DNA from: Monocercomonoides exilis PA203
Taxonomy: Eukaryota > Protista > Preaxostyla
Assembly: GCA_001643675.2 (NCBI GenBank)
Contig: LSRY02000018.1
Coordinates: 248,001 to 312,000 of the forward strand
Direction of reading: 5' to 3'
DNA length: 64,000 nucleotides
The position numbers and the translations under genes are program-made. How positions within the stretch are numbered: position 1 is the stretch's first letter; each line of letters opens with the position of its first letter. Below are positions 26,001-39,070 of the stretch, in pieces. The notes beneath the pieces are model-generated. The model did not search any database. It saw only the letters and a program-made list of their open reading frames with translations, and was not told where the DNA came from.

Positions 26001-28687
26001 TGGAATATTTGCAACGATTCTGATATACTTGAATTGGACAAAGAAAACTGGACAAAGGCATGGAAGGATCTTTATGCTCAATGTTTTACTCCTTCCCTTT
26101 CTTTCTTCTCAAAAGAAAAAACTAAACCAACATTGTCAACTCTTCAATTTGGTGGTTCATCATCTTCTTCAGAAACATCAAATTTAAACACTTCAAATAA
26201 CTCATCATCATCGTCAACAATAACCACTACTACGTCATTTTCATTCATCACACCTCCTCATCGTTCAACTTCCATTCCTCCACTCTCTTCGTCAATATCA
26301 TCAAACTGTGGATTGGAAGTACTCAAAGAAAGAAGAAAGAAAACGGGCATCTTTTCTCCCAATGAAAAGAGATTAATCTTCAAGCCCAAGACTAAATTAT
26401 GGAAAGAGTTTTCCGAAGAAACAAATATTAAAGTTTCTTTGTCACACTTCTACAAACTCACTACCAACTTCTCCAAAGCGAAAAGACGCACAGATCTTTG
26501 TGGAATGTGCGAGAAACTCAATTATCTCGAAAACAAACTGAAGTCATCACAAAACAATAATGGACTTTCTGCTGCTGAGCTTCAAACTCTGAAACTTCTT
26601 CGTCAACATCGTCTTGTAGCAGAAATGCAACGAAAACATTATCAATCGACTGTCGACAATCTGAAAGAGGGAGAAGCAGTCTTCGTCTTCGACTTCAAAG
26701 AGAAATGGAAACTGCCAATTCGAAAGAACCAACTTCAACAGGAATTCTTCAACTATCAACAAGTGTCTCAATTCACAATCATCTCTCTTCAAAAAATCAA
26801 TAATCAACAAATAAAACGAACATTCAACTTCTTCTCCGACTGCCTCTCAAATGATCACAGATTTATTATTGAGTGTCTGGAATCTGTGATCAAAAGACAC
26901 TTCTTCTCAGACACTCACACTTTTAAGTTCTTCTGCGATTCTGGTCCACACAACCGAAATCGCTTCCTTCTTCACTTCATCCTCTCCAAACAATCCAAAC
27001 TTTTCAAAAAGAAAAATACTCAACTAAATTTCTTCGCTGAGCACCACGGAAAAAATATCTGCGATAGTGAATTTGGTGCGTTAGTAAATGTAATCGACAA
27101 CAATCTTTCGAATGAACACATCACTACACTTCATGACTTGATCAACTTCTTCGAAAACAATATGAATGTTTCATCATCTGTTTCATCATCTTCTCAATCA
27201 AACATTTTCTCAACAACATCATCAAACTCTTCATCATCTTCAACATCTGTCAATGACTCTGCACACGAGAGGTACTTTGAAGAGTATGTACCATCTCAGC
27301 AAATTTCATGGCCATCACTGTCAATCCCTCACATGAAGGACTACTTGTATTTTGAGCGCAAGGGCTCATTTGTCTGTGCTTCAGCTGTTGGATATCTTCC
27401 TCAACGCTCTCTGGTTGCCCTCGAATCTTCGACAATGAAAGAAAAAGTTCAACGTTCAAGAAAGTCATTTCACTCTGATATCACATCATCTAACTCTTCT
27501 CTTCTTTCTCAATCTTCTCAAGATCTTCTTTCAAGGAGATTTGAGCTTCTTCTTGACTCTTCTTCTATTTGTGAATCTCAAAATTGTTTTAATAGTGTCC
27601 ACTATTAAGAAACTAGTTGTTGTGTATGCTTAGCTAGCACTCTATCGGAAGGGTGCTGGACATGACTGTTCGTATTAGATACTGCAGCCTCTGGGCTGCT
27701 TTATCCGGACCTGGATACGACGAACAGCCTCCCAGGTGCACAACAGTTAGAATCCGATTGTTTTCTTGTGGTTTTTGTCCCTATAATGTCCCTATTATTA
27801 AATTGGTTATTGTCCCGCTTATGTGTGTATTAATCGAGATTCATTAATAGAGAGAGTTGTGAGGAAATTCATTGATCTTTGAGTGAGGTTTTTGGAAAGG
27901 AGAGTTGTTGAGAGTGTGAAATAATGTTTTATCATTGTGTCTGTCTTTTTTCTTTGTTGGATTTGATCTTTTTGAGTCAAAGTTAGAGAAATATCAGAAA
28001 GGGGAGAGTGGATGGAAAACAGAGTGAAAATAGACAAGTCAGTTTTTGAACTTTTTATATAAGTTAACTTTTTTGTTAGGAATTGTCTTTGATACCACAA
28101 TTTTGTTGTAATAGTACTGTTTTTTTTAATATCTTTTATTATTCAGAATTGTTGACATTTTGTTGACATTTGGTGATTGTTTTATGATTATGTGATAGAA
28201 TTATGTTTTTTTGAAAGTTATTGAATCTGATTTGATAATTTCTGATTGTTTTCTATTATTTTGATGATTAACATCATGAATCACTTTTTGTTTTTCATAC
28301 CACTTTAGTTAGTATACAATTGTTATTTTTTAACGTATTTTTTTTCATTTCATTGATATTTTTTCCATTTCGATTTTGATTCAGATTCTAAAATATTAGG
28401 TCTTTTTATCTTGAAATCAATATCAGTTTTTTCCATATTACTAAAATTAACGGCAAAAGCAATTAATATTTATTTAAGAGAAATGAATTTTTGCTAATAG
28501 ATCAATAAATAATTAACTGTTTCAAAAAAGATCTCAATGATCATAAAAAATTTTCATTTCTTGGGAATTTGCAGAAATCGTTTTTAACCTAATGAAACAC
28601 TTCAACATTTTATTGATATTATCTTGATATATCAAATAAGCATTTCTGCAAATTCCTGATCAACAAAAAAATGAAATTTAAAATGGG
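23082..28687 (+). mobile_element. Sola-like DNA transposon with imperfect TIRs, encoding a transposase with an embedded USP (peptidase C19) domain
   Basis: About 23082-23241 is an imperfect reverse complement of about 28530-28687 (CCCATTT...GTTGATCAGGAATTTGCAGAAATG). Weaker similarity extends about 80 bp further out, so the exact termini are uncertain. The transposase gene lies between the arms. Confidence 0.8.
23836..27608 (+). pseudogene. Sola-like DDE transposase::USP deubiquitinase fusion gene; introns 24004-24104 and 24336-24387; one in-frame TAA (25479-25481) and an apparent frameshift in exon 1
   Basis: USP: GLINLGNICYLASLLQCF, QQQNVAEAF, CQKC/CDEC, GHYIAVVK, WNICNDS. Transposase: VSLSHFYKL...RRTDLCGMC, VFDFKEKWKLP, FFCDSGPHNRN, FFAEHHGKNICDSEFG. 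ORFs 24426-25481 and 25500-27608 share one frame. Confidence 0.85.
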
Positions 28688-31600
28688 ATTTTTGTGAAAT
28701 AAAATATATCAAAATTATCAAAAAGAAACTTCGTTTTGAGATATAACAAAGTTCTTCAGAGATTCATTTTTTCTTTTTCTTCTATTTTTCCAATTGTTTC
28801 ACGATGTTCTTTTATTTTCCTTCGCTGCACACGCATTTTGTTACAAATATTTCCTTTTTCCCCTCTTCTTCATTATTGAATCAAAAACATTCGTAAAGAG
28901 GCACCAGTTGTTGCTTATCCATTTATCAATTACACTGATAGTTGTTTCGAATAATTTTTTCCGACTCCACTGTGTTTTTTATCAGACCACCGAAACCAAC
29001 CTAAGAATACATGATAATTTAATCCAAACAGTTGTTTACTAATAAACGACAGACAACTTCTTTGAGGCGATCATTATTAATTATCTGTGGATTGACAAAC
29101 TGATGCGAGACTCGATTCAGCTGCAATTTATACTTTCATTTTTAGGAATTACCTGAGTAAAGATTCCATGAAGCTTTTCTGCATCGTCTGCTTTATATTT
29201 GATCTCTATTGTCACCTGTTGCAGTTTAAAATGAAAGTTTGCTTTTTATTATTCTCTCAGCAACTTTATAGAAGAAATCATTCAGAGTAATTTTGCGGGA
29301 GATGAAGAGAACAGAAAAGTCATCTTTTAATGAACGAAAAGAAAACATCTACGTTTTTCCACGTCAAGTTATTCAACGAGCTTGCGAAATTGCACAAGAA
29401 GAAAAAAAGTCAAAAAGAATGAAGAGTCCAAATGCAAGACATAGTTTGAACAAGAGCTCTGAATTACATAAACAATGTGTTTGTTGAGCTGTCAACATAT
29501 ACACAGATGCACTTCAGACATCTTTTAATGAGAAAGCGAGAAGAATCCTGAAAGCGCACTGGAGAAGTTAGCTGATAGATCTAATTCATATGTGGAGGCT
29601 AAGCGGCAGAATAGCAAAGGAATAAGCTCAATCTTGCAGAACGAATAGGAAACGAAGAAAGATAAGATGAGTTTGAGCAGCTTGACTAACGAAGAGAAAG
29701 TGCAGAATAGCGCCGTGTTAATAGTCGTTCTTTATCTTTTCAGGAAGCTGACTGAACCTAAACAAGAAGGAAGTCATCGATGCTGAGCAGTTTCTGGATG
29801 TGCATCTCCCAAAGAAAATGTATATGGTGAACATCGTGAGCTGCCTTATCAACGAGTTCTCAATATGCCTTGCTTACAAGACGGAGATACTTTTGGAAGC
29901 TGCAGCAGCTCCAGACTTTGTCCGAAGCTTTATAAAGTGTCTAACGATGAACATGCATGCCTGCAGAAATGAATAAAAATCGTTGCATCCAGATTCTTTT
30001 AGTGAATTGGACGAAAAAGCCAAAAGAGAGAGGAGAAGGAAGGGTTGGACAGAAAGAAGGACTGACAGACGGATGGATGTTAAGGAAGTATTTTTTTGGA
30101 AGATCTGGTTACAAACGCATGGAACAGAGAAATGCAGTCACGGAACAGGCTTTCAATTCTGGCAGGTGCATCGATTTAACGGAAAGCTTGCGCTAAAAAA
30201 CAAAAGCCTTTGCACTTGCAGAATTAATTAATCAATGCTCATAAGTTCTGATGGCAAAAGTATTCTTTCAAAAAAGATCTATCGATGAATATTTAACGGA
30301 AGGAAAAGAATGAGAAAATTGAATTGGAACATCGAATATGACATTGCCTTATTTAAGGTGTATTTTTTTGTTTGATTTTTTCTTATTGCAATTATTTTTT
30401 TATCAATGGTTTTTTCTCAATTAAACTAAATGCATACAGACAAGCAAGGAATGTATAAAGATGGCTTATTGAGCGCTTCTGAAAGGCAGCAAGGTTTGCA
30501 GTTGATAATATTCATGAAAAGATGCAGGATGTTAATTTATTTATTTCCATTAACGTGAAGAATAAGAAAAGTGATTTCATTTGATGAAAATAATTTGAAG
30601 CTTTTGGAACAAGCAGCCAATGGAGCAGAAACAGTCGCAGCAGCAGAGGCACAAGGAGGAGAAAGAGGAAGAGAAAGGAAATATGAACGAGGATAGCGTT
30701 CATTTGAGAGAAGAAGATATTTTGAAGAGGATTTGTTATGAGAAACATCTATGACAAGGTTGTTGAGCAAGTCGTTATCAGAGACAGAAACAGAAAAGGA
30801 AGATGGATCTGAAAGGTTATCGTCTGAGCTGTGACTGCCGTGCGATTTCTATCTATGTGCTTTAATGAGATTACAAATACGAGGTGTTTGCTTGACGAGG
30901 AGCAAGAGCGTTTGATAGGACAGAGGGAAGGCTGAATCGGGCTGAGCATTTTGAGAAAGGATAAATCAGAGAAAGAAAGGAGAACAAAGAAGGAACATAT
31001 TGAGATATAATTTTTATTTCACCAAGCTTGTTGGCAATAATGCCAGGTATGTGAATGAGTGAAATGGGTTTTTGAAAAGAAAAAAATATATCTCATATAT
31101 TAATTTGTGTGATCGTTTATTTTATTTCTTATTTTGTTTTTTATTTCTTTTTATTTGTTTGTATTTTTATTTGAGTATTTATTCATTCATTTTTTTCCTT
31201 GTTTGGTTCATGTTGGGATTGCTAGACTTTGAGATATTCATTCAGTGGATTTTCAGACACGGCCATATTGGAGGGAAAAGAAGAGATGGTGCAGAAGCAT
31301 CTGGGGCAGCGAGATAGAAACGGTTTGAAAAGCAGTGAGAGGAGTATCAGAAGCATATTGCGCCTGCAAAGTGATTAAAAAAACGGGGAATGAGAAAGAG
31401 GGAAAGGAGCGGTTGGTGAGAAGGAAAGGCGAAATGGAGATTGGTTGAGAGAAGGGTGTGGGAGGTTACAGGAACATTACAAAAAGCGAGCAGCAGTAAC
31501 CAGTTACTGGAACAAAAAACTTATTCTTCTTTTAAAAAACGAGCTTGTGAAAGAAAATTGAGGAATGAGGAAGAAAAACGCAGTGTGAAAGGGAAGATAT

Positions 31601-34600
31601 TCGTATCATACAGAACAAAATCATAGAAAAATGAAGGATCAATGAAAGGAGAATGAGAAGAAGAAGAAGAAGAAGAAAGTTATGAGGGAGTAACTGAAGA
31701 GAGGACAGAGGAAACATAAGGCTGGCTGGCAGGGAGAGTGGATATGAATGGATAACAAAAAAAGAATGTGAAGTCAAAAGCAATGCGCGCTTGAATGCTG
31801 AGCAGGTTGGACAGCCAAAAAAAAAGATGTTCAATTATCATCAATCTCAACTTTGTTTATTGATTCTTCTTCGTCATTTCCTTCTCCATCTCCATCTCCA
31901 TCTCCATCTCCATCTCCATCTCCTTCATCATCATCTTCTTCTTCCTCTTCTTCCTCTTTCTCCTCTTCCTCTTCCTTTTCCTCTTCATCTTCTTCCTCTT
32001 CTTCTTCTTCTTCTTCATATTATAACTTCGTTGTTTTTGTCACTTTTAATATTGCAACTTTTGCGATACAACGAATAAATAGTATTTTAATTCATTCATG
32101 AAAATATTATGAAACAAAACAACTCTATCTTCTGCTCCTTCAACTTCTTCTTCCTAACCTTCTTCAACTCCTTCAATTTCCACCACAGTCTCCTTCATCT
32201 TCATTATTCGGTTATTTGTAATGTGTATCAACAGAAAGAATCTGCAGTTGATGTCTCTCAACACACTAGGTACAAAGCGAAAACTCCTTCATTGTTAACT
32301 CATGTGCTTTGCTTCTTATTTCTCTTCGTATGAATCAAGCTTCGAGCTTCGCTATCCCTTCCATTTGTTGTTCTGATGGAAAAGCAGTCGTGGTTTTATT
32401 ATGTTCAGTCATTCAAAGTATTAAAACAATTAATGAAGAAGGTGTCAGTGAATTTCTTAAGTCATTTTTTTAAATAAGACTCTGTTTTTCCGTCATTCTT
32501 TTCTTCATTCTCCCCTTCAAATTTACACTAACACTTCTCCTCCTTCGAATATATCTCTCTTTCCTATCCACCAGACTTCCACCGCAATTCTAACATTTTT
32601 CCTCCTCTATCCTTTGGCTGCATCTCATCAAGCACAAGAAAAAAATCCACCGTCCAAATGATCGAAGCTCACTTTCATCTCATTTTCATCAGTGATTGCT
32701 TTCAAATAGAATTTCAAGGAACATTCGCGTCTGCTTATTCTGTGACTTCGTGTGTCTCGATTGCAATGGACAACTTCTTTGCGAATTTTACTCTGCAAAA
32801 CATAGTGTTAAGATTCTGCCATCATGAATGCGGCGGTGCACAAGTTCAAATTAACATCACACGAAGTCAAAACCAGATAAATTTGAATGTTCAATCTATT
32901 TCTTCATCTGCGCTGTATTATGATGAGATTAAAAGCAATAGTTTTTACAGATTTGCTGCTCAGATGAACACTAAGACTCGACCTTGATTGCTATTATAAC
33001 ACAGACATTCTGTCCAATCGTAAATGACTGGCCTTCTTCAACTGCAAAAAATTCTGACTTGTCACCTGAAAACGAAAAGGATATTTGTTCTGATGATGAT
33101 GCGACAGCATTGAATGCAACTCATCTTTAGAAATCTTCTCCATCTTCTTCTTCTTCACCTTTTATCTCTTTTAGCTTCATTTCTCCCTCCATTCCATCCT
33201 CTTCTGCTTATTGGCAATCTCACTTCTTTCTTCTTCTCGAACTTCATTCTCATTTCAATTTCTTCTCCGACAACTTAACTTGCGCTCACTCTGAATTGCT
33301 TTTCCTTTCTCGCAGGGATTTGTGCCTTGTGGCTGGATGGAAATGTTATTCTCAGTGTTAAAAATTGCTCCTTCTATCAACGCCAGTGCTCAATGGAAGC
33401 TGGGCCGTATAAAAACATGTGGGGATAAGGTGATGAGGTTTTTGTGACGTACAAAATAAAAGGTTGAGGAGGAAGTGAGATCGAGAGACATTCGAACTCA
33501 GAGAATAGGACAATTTGGAAAATAAAAGAATAAAAGATAACGAATTGACTAAAGGAAAAGAGCGTTTAAATGTGACATTACAAGACGAAAAGCTGTCTTT
33601 TTTGCTTGAAACTTTGAAATTAAATATTGATACCAAATATGGAAGAGAGTTTTATCCACTCGGGCAACATGATAACTTTTGGAAGCAACGTCTTTGTATT
33701 TTACAAATCAGTTTCACAAAAGCTCAATTTCAATCAATTTGAACTTCTGCGATTGACTTTGAATCTTTATGGCTGCTTTTGAGAGGAACGGGGTGTTTGG
33801 CTGTGATGATGCTCCTGATTGAAGTGGAGGAGACGAGAGAGTGACAGTTTATTTGGTTAAGCTGATTCTGCAGTTCGAATGGCTGTTGTTTATGTAGACA
33901 GCAGTGACTGTATCAACAGAGCTATTTGTGATCTTGAAGAGTGATAAAATAGAAATCTAAATGAAGCACTGATGCATCTGGTGTGTGAGGAGAAGTATTG
34001 CAGAGAGATGGAGAAGAGAGAAACAGATAGTGGAAATGAAAAAAGCTGCAAAGGAAGAGGAAGAGAAAAAGAAAGGGAAAGGGAAAGGGAAAGGGAATGA
34101 GAAGGTTGGAAGGGGAAAGAAGGCGGATAATAATAAATGTGCAAGAGGAGGAAGCAACAGAGCAAGAAGCATTGAAATGAGAATTGATCAAACGGAATCT
34201 TTGATCTGAACGATGAATATGAATATTTCTGATTGTTGTTTTCCATTGCTTCCATTTGAAAAAATGACGATAACAAAACATCAAATCCATCTCTTCGTCT
34301 GTCTTTATCAGCAATATCATCTGCTTGCGCTTTTTCAAAGAATGAAAATATCCAAAAATGTTAACAAAATGAAAATGCAAAAACAGTCGAATTTGGTTTA
34401 TTTTTCAAAAATACTCTTTCAGCCGTTCGCGATCGAGCCACAAGCACAAAGAAAGATGACAATATCAATCTCAGGACAAAGTTTGATTAAAATTATTTAT
34501 TTCAAAATAAACTGTTCTTTTGTTGATTCGTTTGAGAACTTATGCTGCACAATATAAATGGACTGTTTCAGAATGCAGCAAAGTCTGTCAAAAGCTATTC

Positions 34601-36089
34601 ACAAATGAAGCAACTGAATAAATACAAGGAAAAGCAAATGAAATGAAAACCTTACGTTTTCACTATTTATTTAATCATTTTCTTCTTTTCCTCCTTCTTC
34701 TTCACCATTTTCTTCCATTTCTTCATCTTCTTCCTCAACTTCTCTGCCTTGAATGCTGTTTATCGCTCCAGAAGAGAATTGAGAGAGTAGAGAGTAAAGA
34801 GAGAGAAATCGAAAGAGAAAGAGAAAGAGGTTCAACAGGGGAAAAGCAAAAGGAAAAAGATACACAGAAGAAGAAGAAGAAGAATGGAAATTACTCAGAG
34901 GATTGAGAAGAACAACGTTGCAAGAAGCAGTGGTGACATATGTGGAAATGAGATACACGACAGAGCTGTTGGAGTCAGCATCGAACACAAAGATGAAAGA
35001 GGCAGAACCAGGGGCGTTGAGGTTGATATGGGAGAGCATGAAAGATAAAGCAGGAAGAGCACAGAAGCAAGAAGCTGAGATTATAATGATAGTCGATCAA
35101 AAAAAATATGGAATATTTCACATCAAAAAAACAATTAAAAGGTGAAAGAAGGAAGAGCAGGTTGATTTAAACAATGAATGAATGGGGATTGCAGTTTATG
35201 AGGATGTAGTTGTTAAGAGGTACATACACTTCTTCCGCCTCAGCCATTCCATATACAAGGGGTGTTTGGGAGGTCAGCATTGAAAAGGAGCAGCTTGACA
35301 AAAGCAGATTAGCTGAAAGAGAAGCGATAAAAGAGGGACTTAGTTCACAAAGAAGGTTTAACAAAAAAGGCAGAAGAGATGAGAATGGTTATGTGGCAGA
35401 AGCTTTTTAAGTTAAAAAAAGTGAAAATTCCCCAATTTCCTTATATTTATTTATTATTTCATTGCAATTTATTTTAAAATTGTTTGATCAATTTATTTTA
35501 ATAACTTCTTCAAAGTATTATTTGCTTTTATAGAAAAATAAACAGCAAATATTTGTATATCTGATAAATATCTTGTTTAACTATTATCTTTTTCGATGTT
35601 AATTTTTGAAAATTGTTCATTATTTACAAATATTTTAAGATCTTCAATATTAATTTGAAGTTTTCTTTGCATGAACATCATGAAACTAATTTACATATTT
35701 AATAATTATTGATTTCATATTGTTATTATTGTTTTCATGTTGAAAATACCAGTGAACTTTTGTTTTGTTCTGTTTATCATAGTTTTTAGATTTTTTTGAA
35801 TAATTTTTTAATGTTTTTTTGAAAATAAGAAATAAAAACAATTGGAAAGAAATTAAAATCAACAAACAATTAATAAAAATAATAATTTAAGAAATATAAT
35901 CGTGAGATCATCAGTTTCATTTTTCTAATCAACCCCACCCTTAATGGAAATTTTTTATGATCAAACTTCGTAATTTTTTATGATATCAAAAAAAAATCAC
36001 CCATTTATATTTATTTCATAAAAATTAACAAATTTTGAAAAAAGTTTTTTAATTGAAATTAAAAACTTAATTAATTATGGGGAACTGAT

Positions 36090-39070
36090 GGCACTGACGG
36101 AGATGGATTATTTTGATCAAAAAAATGTCAATGATGTCAGTGACAGGCAGCGCCTTGGAAGAAAGCACTATGGGTGAAGAACAAAAATCACTTGAAGAAG
36201 GATTGAAAAATAGCCTTTCAAATATTTTCATCGTTTGGTATTCTTTTTCGAATCACTTTGAAAGTTGAATTTTTTTTCCGAAGGCAAATGCTTTCGAAAA
36301 AAAGATGGAAGAGTTGAAAAAAGCTCATTGTCAATTAGTAAAACTTGAAAAATGTGGAGATTCAAAATACGGTCCAGGTTTTGTTTTGTGTTTATCCAAT
36401 TTATTATCATTTTTTGATTTCATTTATTCTGAGTGTTTAAGAATCCCAAAAAAAATGACGAATATTTATCAAAAATATCCTTTGAAATTGTGAATAACAA
36501 TTTTTTGATTTCTTTTTCAAAAGCTGATGAACATGGAGCTGAAAAGAATGATTGTCACAGGTATTTCATGTGCCCAAATTCAAAAGACGGTTTTCCTTGT
36601 GGTGTATCAGGAAGAAAATCATATCCAAATATCATCAAACACAATTGTCAATCATTAAAACATCAGCAAATATCAACATTATTAAAGCAGCGACAACAAC
36701 TTGCAATTCACAGCGAAATGGAAAAATCAAATTATGAAAAAGCAACAATTTCATGTGAGCTTGAAGATCTATTTGTCAAAATGACTTGCAAATGCAACGT
36801 TTCATTTTTGTCAGCATCATCATATGAAATGAATACATTTTTATCTGAATTAACGCAAATCAGTCAAGAAAATTCATCTTTATCACAAACTTCGATTTTC
36901 CCATATCTTACAAGAAAAAAAGTTTCTCAGATGGTTTTGAAAAGCAAAACAACATCAAAGCTTGAAAGAATCAAATCAACAGCAAATAAAAGCGTTTGCG
37001 TTTTTCTGGACGGTGGATCAGCTGGAAATGTTTCGTAAACTGTTGTTTCCGTTGCTTCTCTTTCATTTCATTCATTTCCATTTTTCTGGGGCCAATATCC
37101 TTGTTGTTATTCAGCTGATGAATCCTCTTATATTCTGAAAAATATCATTTCAGAATTCCAGTCGTTTGATGTGAAAATAAGAAGTTTTTGTGCAGACTAG
37201 TTTTCGGTACAAAAAAAGGTAATAGAAAAATTATCAAACGCTCATTCTGAAGAAAGCACATTTGTCGATCATCATTTTGTTATTAAACCTGTATACATCT
37301 GTTGTTGCAGCCATTTAACTAATCTTGTCATAAGTTCCTGTTTCAGCAAAGCGCCTTTTCTTCTAGAATTCAAAAAGAAAATATAGCAATCTACTCAATT
37401 ATCCCAAAGAAAATCCATCAGACTATTGTTGAAAAAAACTGCTCCTTCGTTCATTCTTTCAAGGTGGTACAGTTTGTTCAATTTATGTTCCTTAATTCGA
37501 AAAAAGAACTAAATTATTGAGAAAGAAAAATGGATTTCTAAAGAAGACTTAATTGACATCATAAAAGCTGAACTTTTTCTTCTTCCTTTGGTTAAGTTTC
37601 ATCTTCATTTGGAAAGCAATAAAACAAAACTTTGTCACGTTTTCCTGTTTATTCAACGAATTATTGGAATTTTCATTGGAATGACAAGACATCCATTATT
37701 TTCTGAAGAGAAATGGAATAATGCAATTTCATATTATATTATCCAAATACATTTTTATTTTTAACAGGCTCTCGAGGTGAATTCATTTCTTTATCGTTCG
37801 CTGTAATTTCAATTGGCATGGAATTATACAGAACACAACAGTTTTCGAATGAATTTATCAATTATTCAACATTTTTCGATAGATTTTCTTTAGCTATTCA
37901 ATCAACAAATAAAGTATCAAAAGATGATCAGATCATTCACGAACATCGATTAAAAACTCATTCTTTGGACAATTCTGCTGATTTGTTGTTGCAGTGTCAT
38001 TATTCAACATTTTATGCTGTGTCTGAACCTTTCGAATTTCCAAATTATAAATATATTTTGTGTAGTGAAGCGCAAATTCATGCCATTCAAAATTTATGTG
38101 ATGATAAATATTCAAAAAAAAATGAGGTTCACTACTGTCTCTCATTTATTCTCTGAACGAACAACAAAAGATCTAAACATAAACGAATGATTATTTTCTG
38201 ATGTATTCGAACAAATAATAAATGATTTGAATAATATCACAAAAGCATAGGATTCTTCTGAAAAGGTTCAGGAAGCCCAAATGGTAGAGACAGAATTAGA
38301 GAATGAATCGGAAGACGAGATCGGTTTGCAAGAGGCTGAAGACGAAGCAGTGAACGATTTGTTTGAATTATTTCCACACAGCAACCAACAACTTTCGGAA
38401 GTTCCACAATTAAGATCTTCTCACTTTTTTTCTTATTCATCGTATTCATCTTCATCTCCATATCACTCTTCTTCTTCGGATAATCACATAATGATTGATG
38501 AAGCAATTTCAACTGATTCTCAAACAAAGAAAGAACGAAAACAGAACTCAACGGACATGGATGAAGACACAGAATGGCATGCATGCATGAATGAAGATGA
38601 TCATGATGACTTTTCTGACAGCAGCAACATTGAAAATGATAAAGATGATGTGGAAATTCTTTTTTCGACAAAAAAGAAATCAATAATTGCGGAATATTCG
38701 TATATAAAAGAGAGAGAGTCAAATCAGATGATTGAAAGAATGATATTGACGGATTGGTTTCCTCCATTATCATCAGCATTTATTAAATCCTGCAATAAGA
38801 CCATTGGAAATTCAGACAAAAAAATAATAGAAGGCTGCAGTATATTATTTCAACAATTCATGAAAAGCGGCTCATCTGAAGTCGTTGAGGAAGATGCAGA
38901 AATATTTTATAACGCTTTTTCTTCATATGGAGATCTGCAAACCGTCTATTCTGGGCTTTGTCTTGCGCTTATAACTTCACCTTGCAGCTAAGCTTGCTGC
39001 GAAAGAGCCATTTCTAAAATAAAAAACATTATTGGAGAAAAGAGATATTCTTTGAGCATGCATTTGTTGG
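36090..39070 (+). pseudogene. hAT-superfamily transposase pseudogene
   Basis: N-terminal C..C..H.C zinc-finger-like segment (FMCPNSKDGFPCG...IIKHNC), VCVFLDGG (about 37000), ICCCSHLTNLVI (CxxH, about 37305), LSRWYS (about 37460), and dimerisation motif PCS*ACCERAISKIKNII (about 38980-39030). Many stops and frameshifts. Confidence 0.85.

Noticed and set aside
28800-35410. Scattered short ORFs with coding-like patches (e.g. 32658-32987, 34671-35039)
   Set aside because: Probably decayed gene fragments, but no motif or consistent gene model could be supported.
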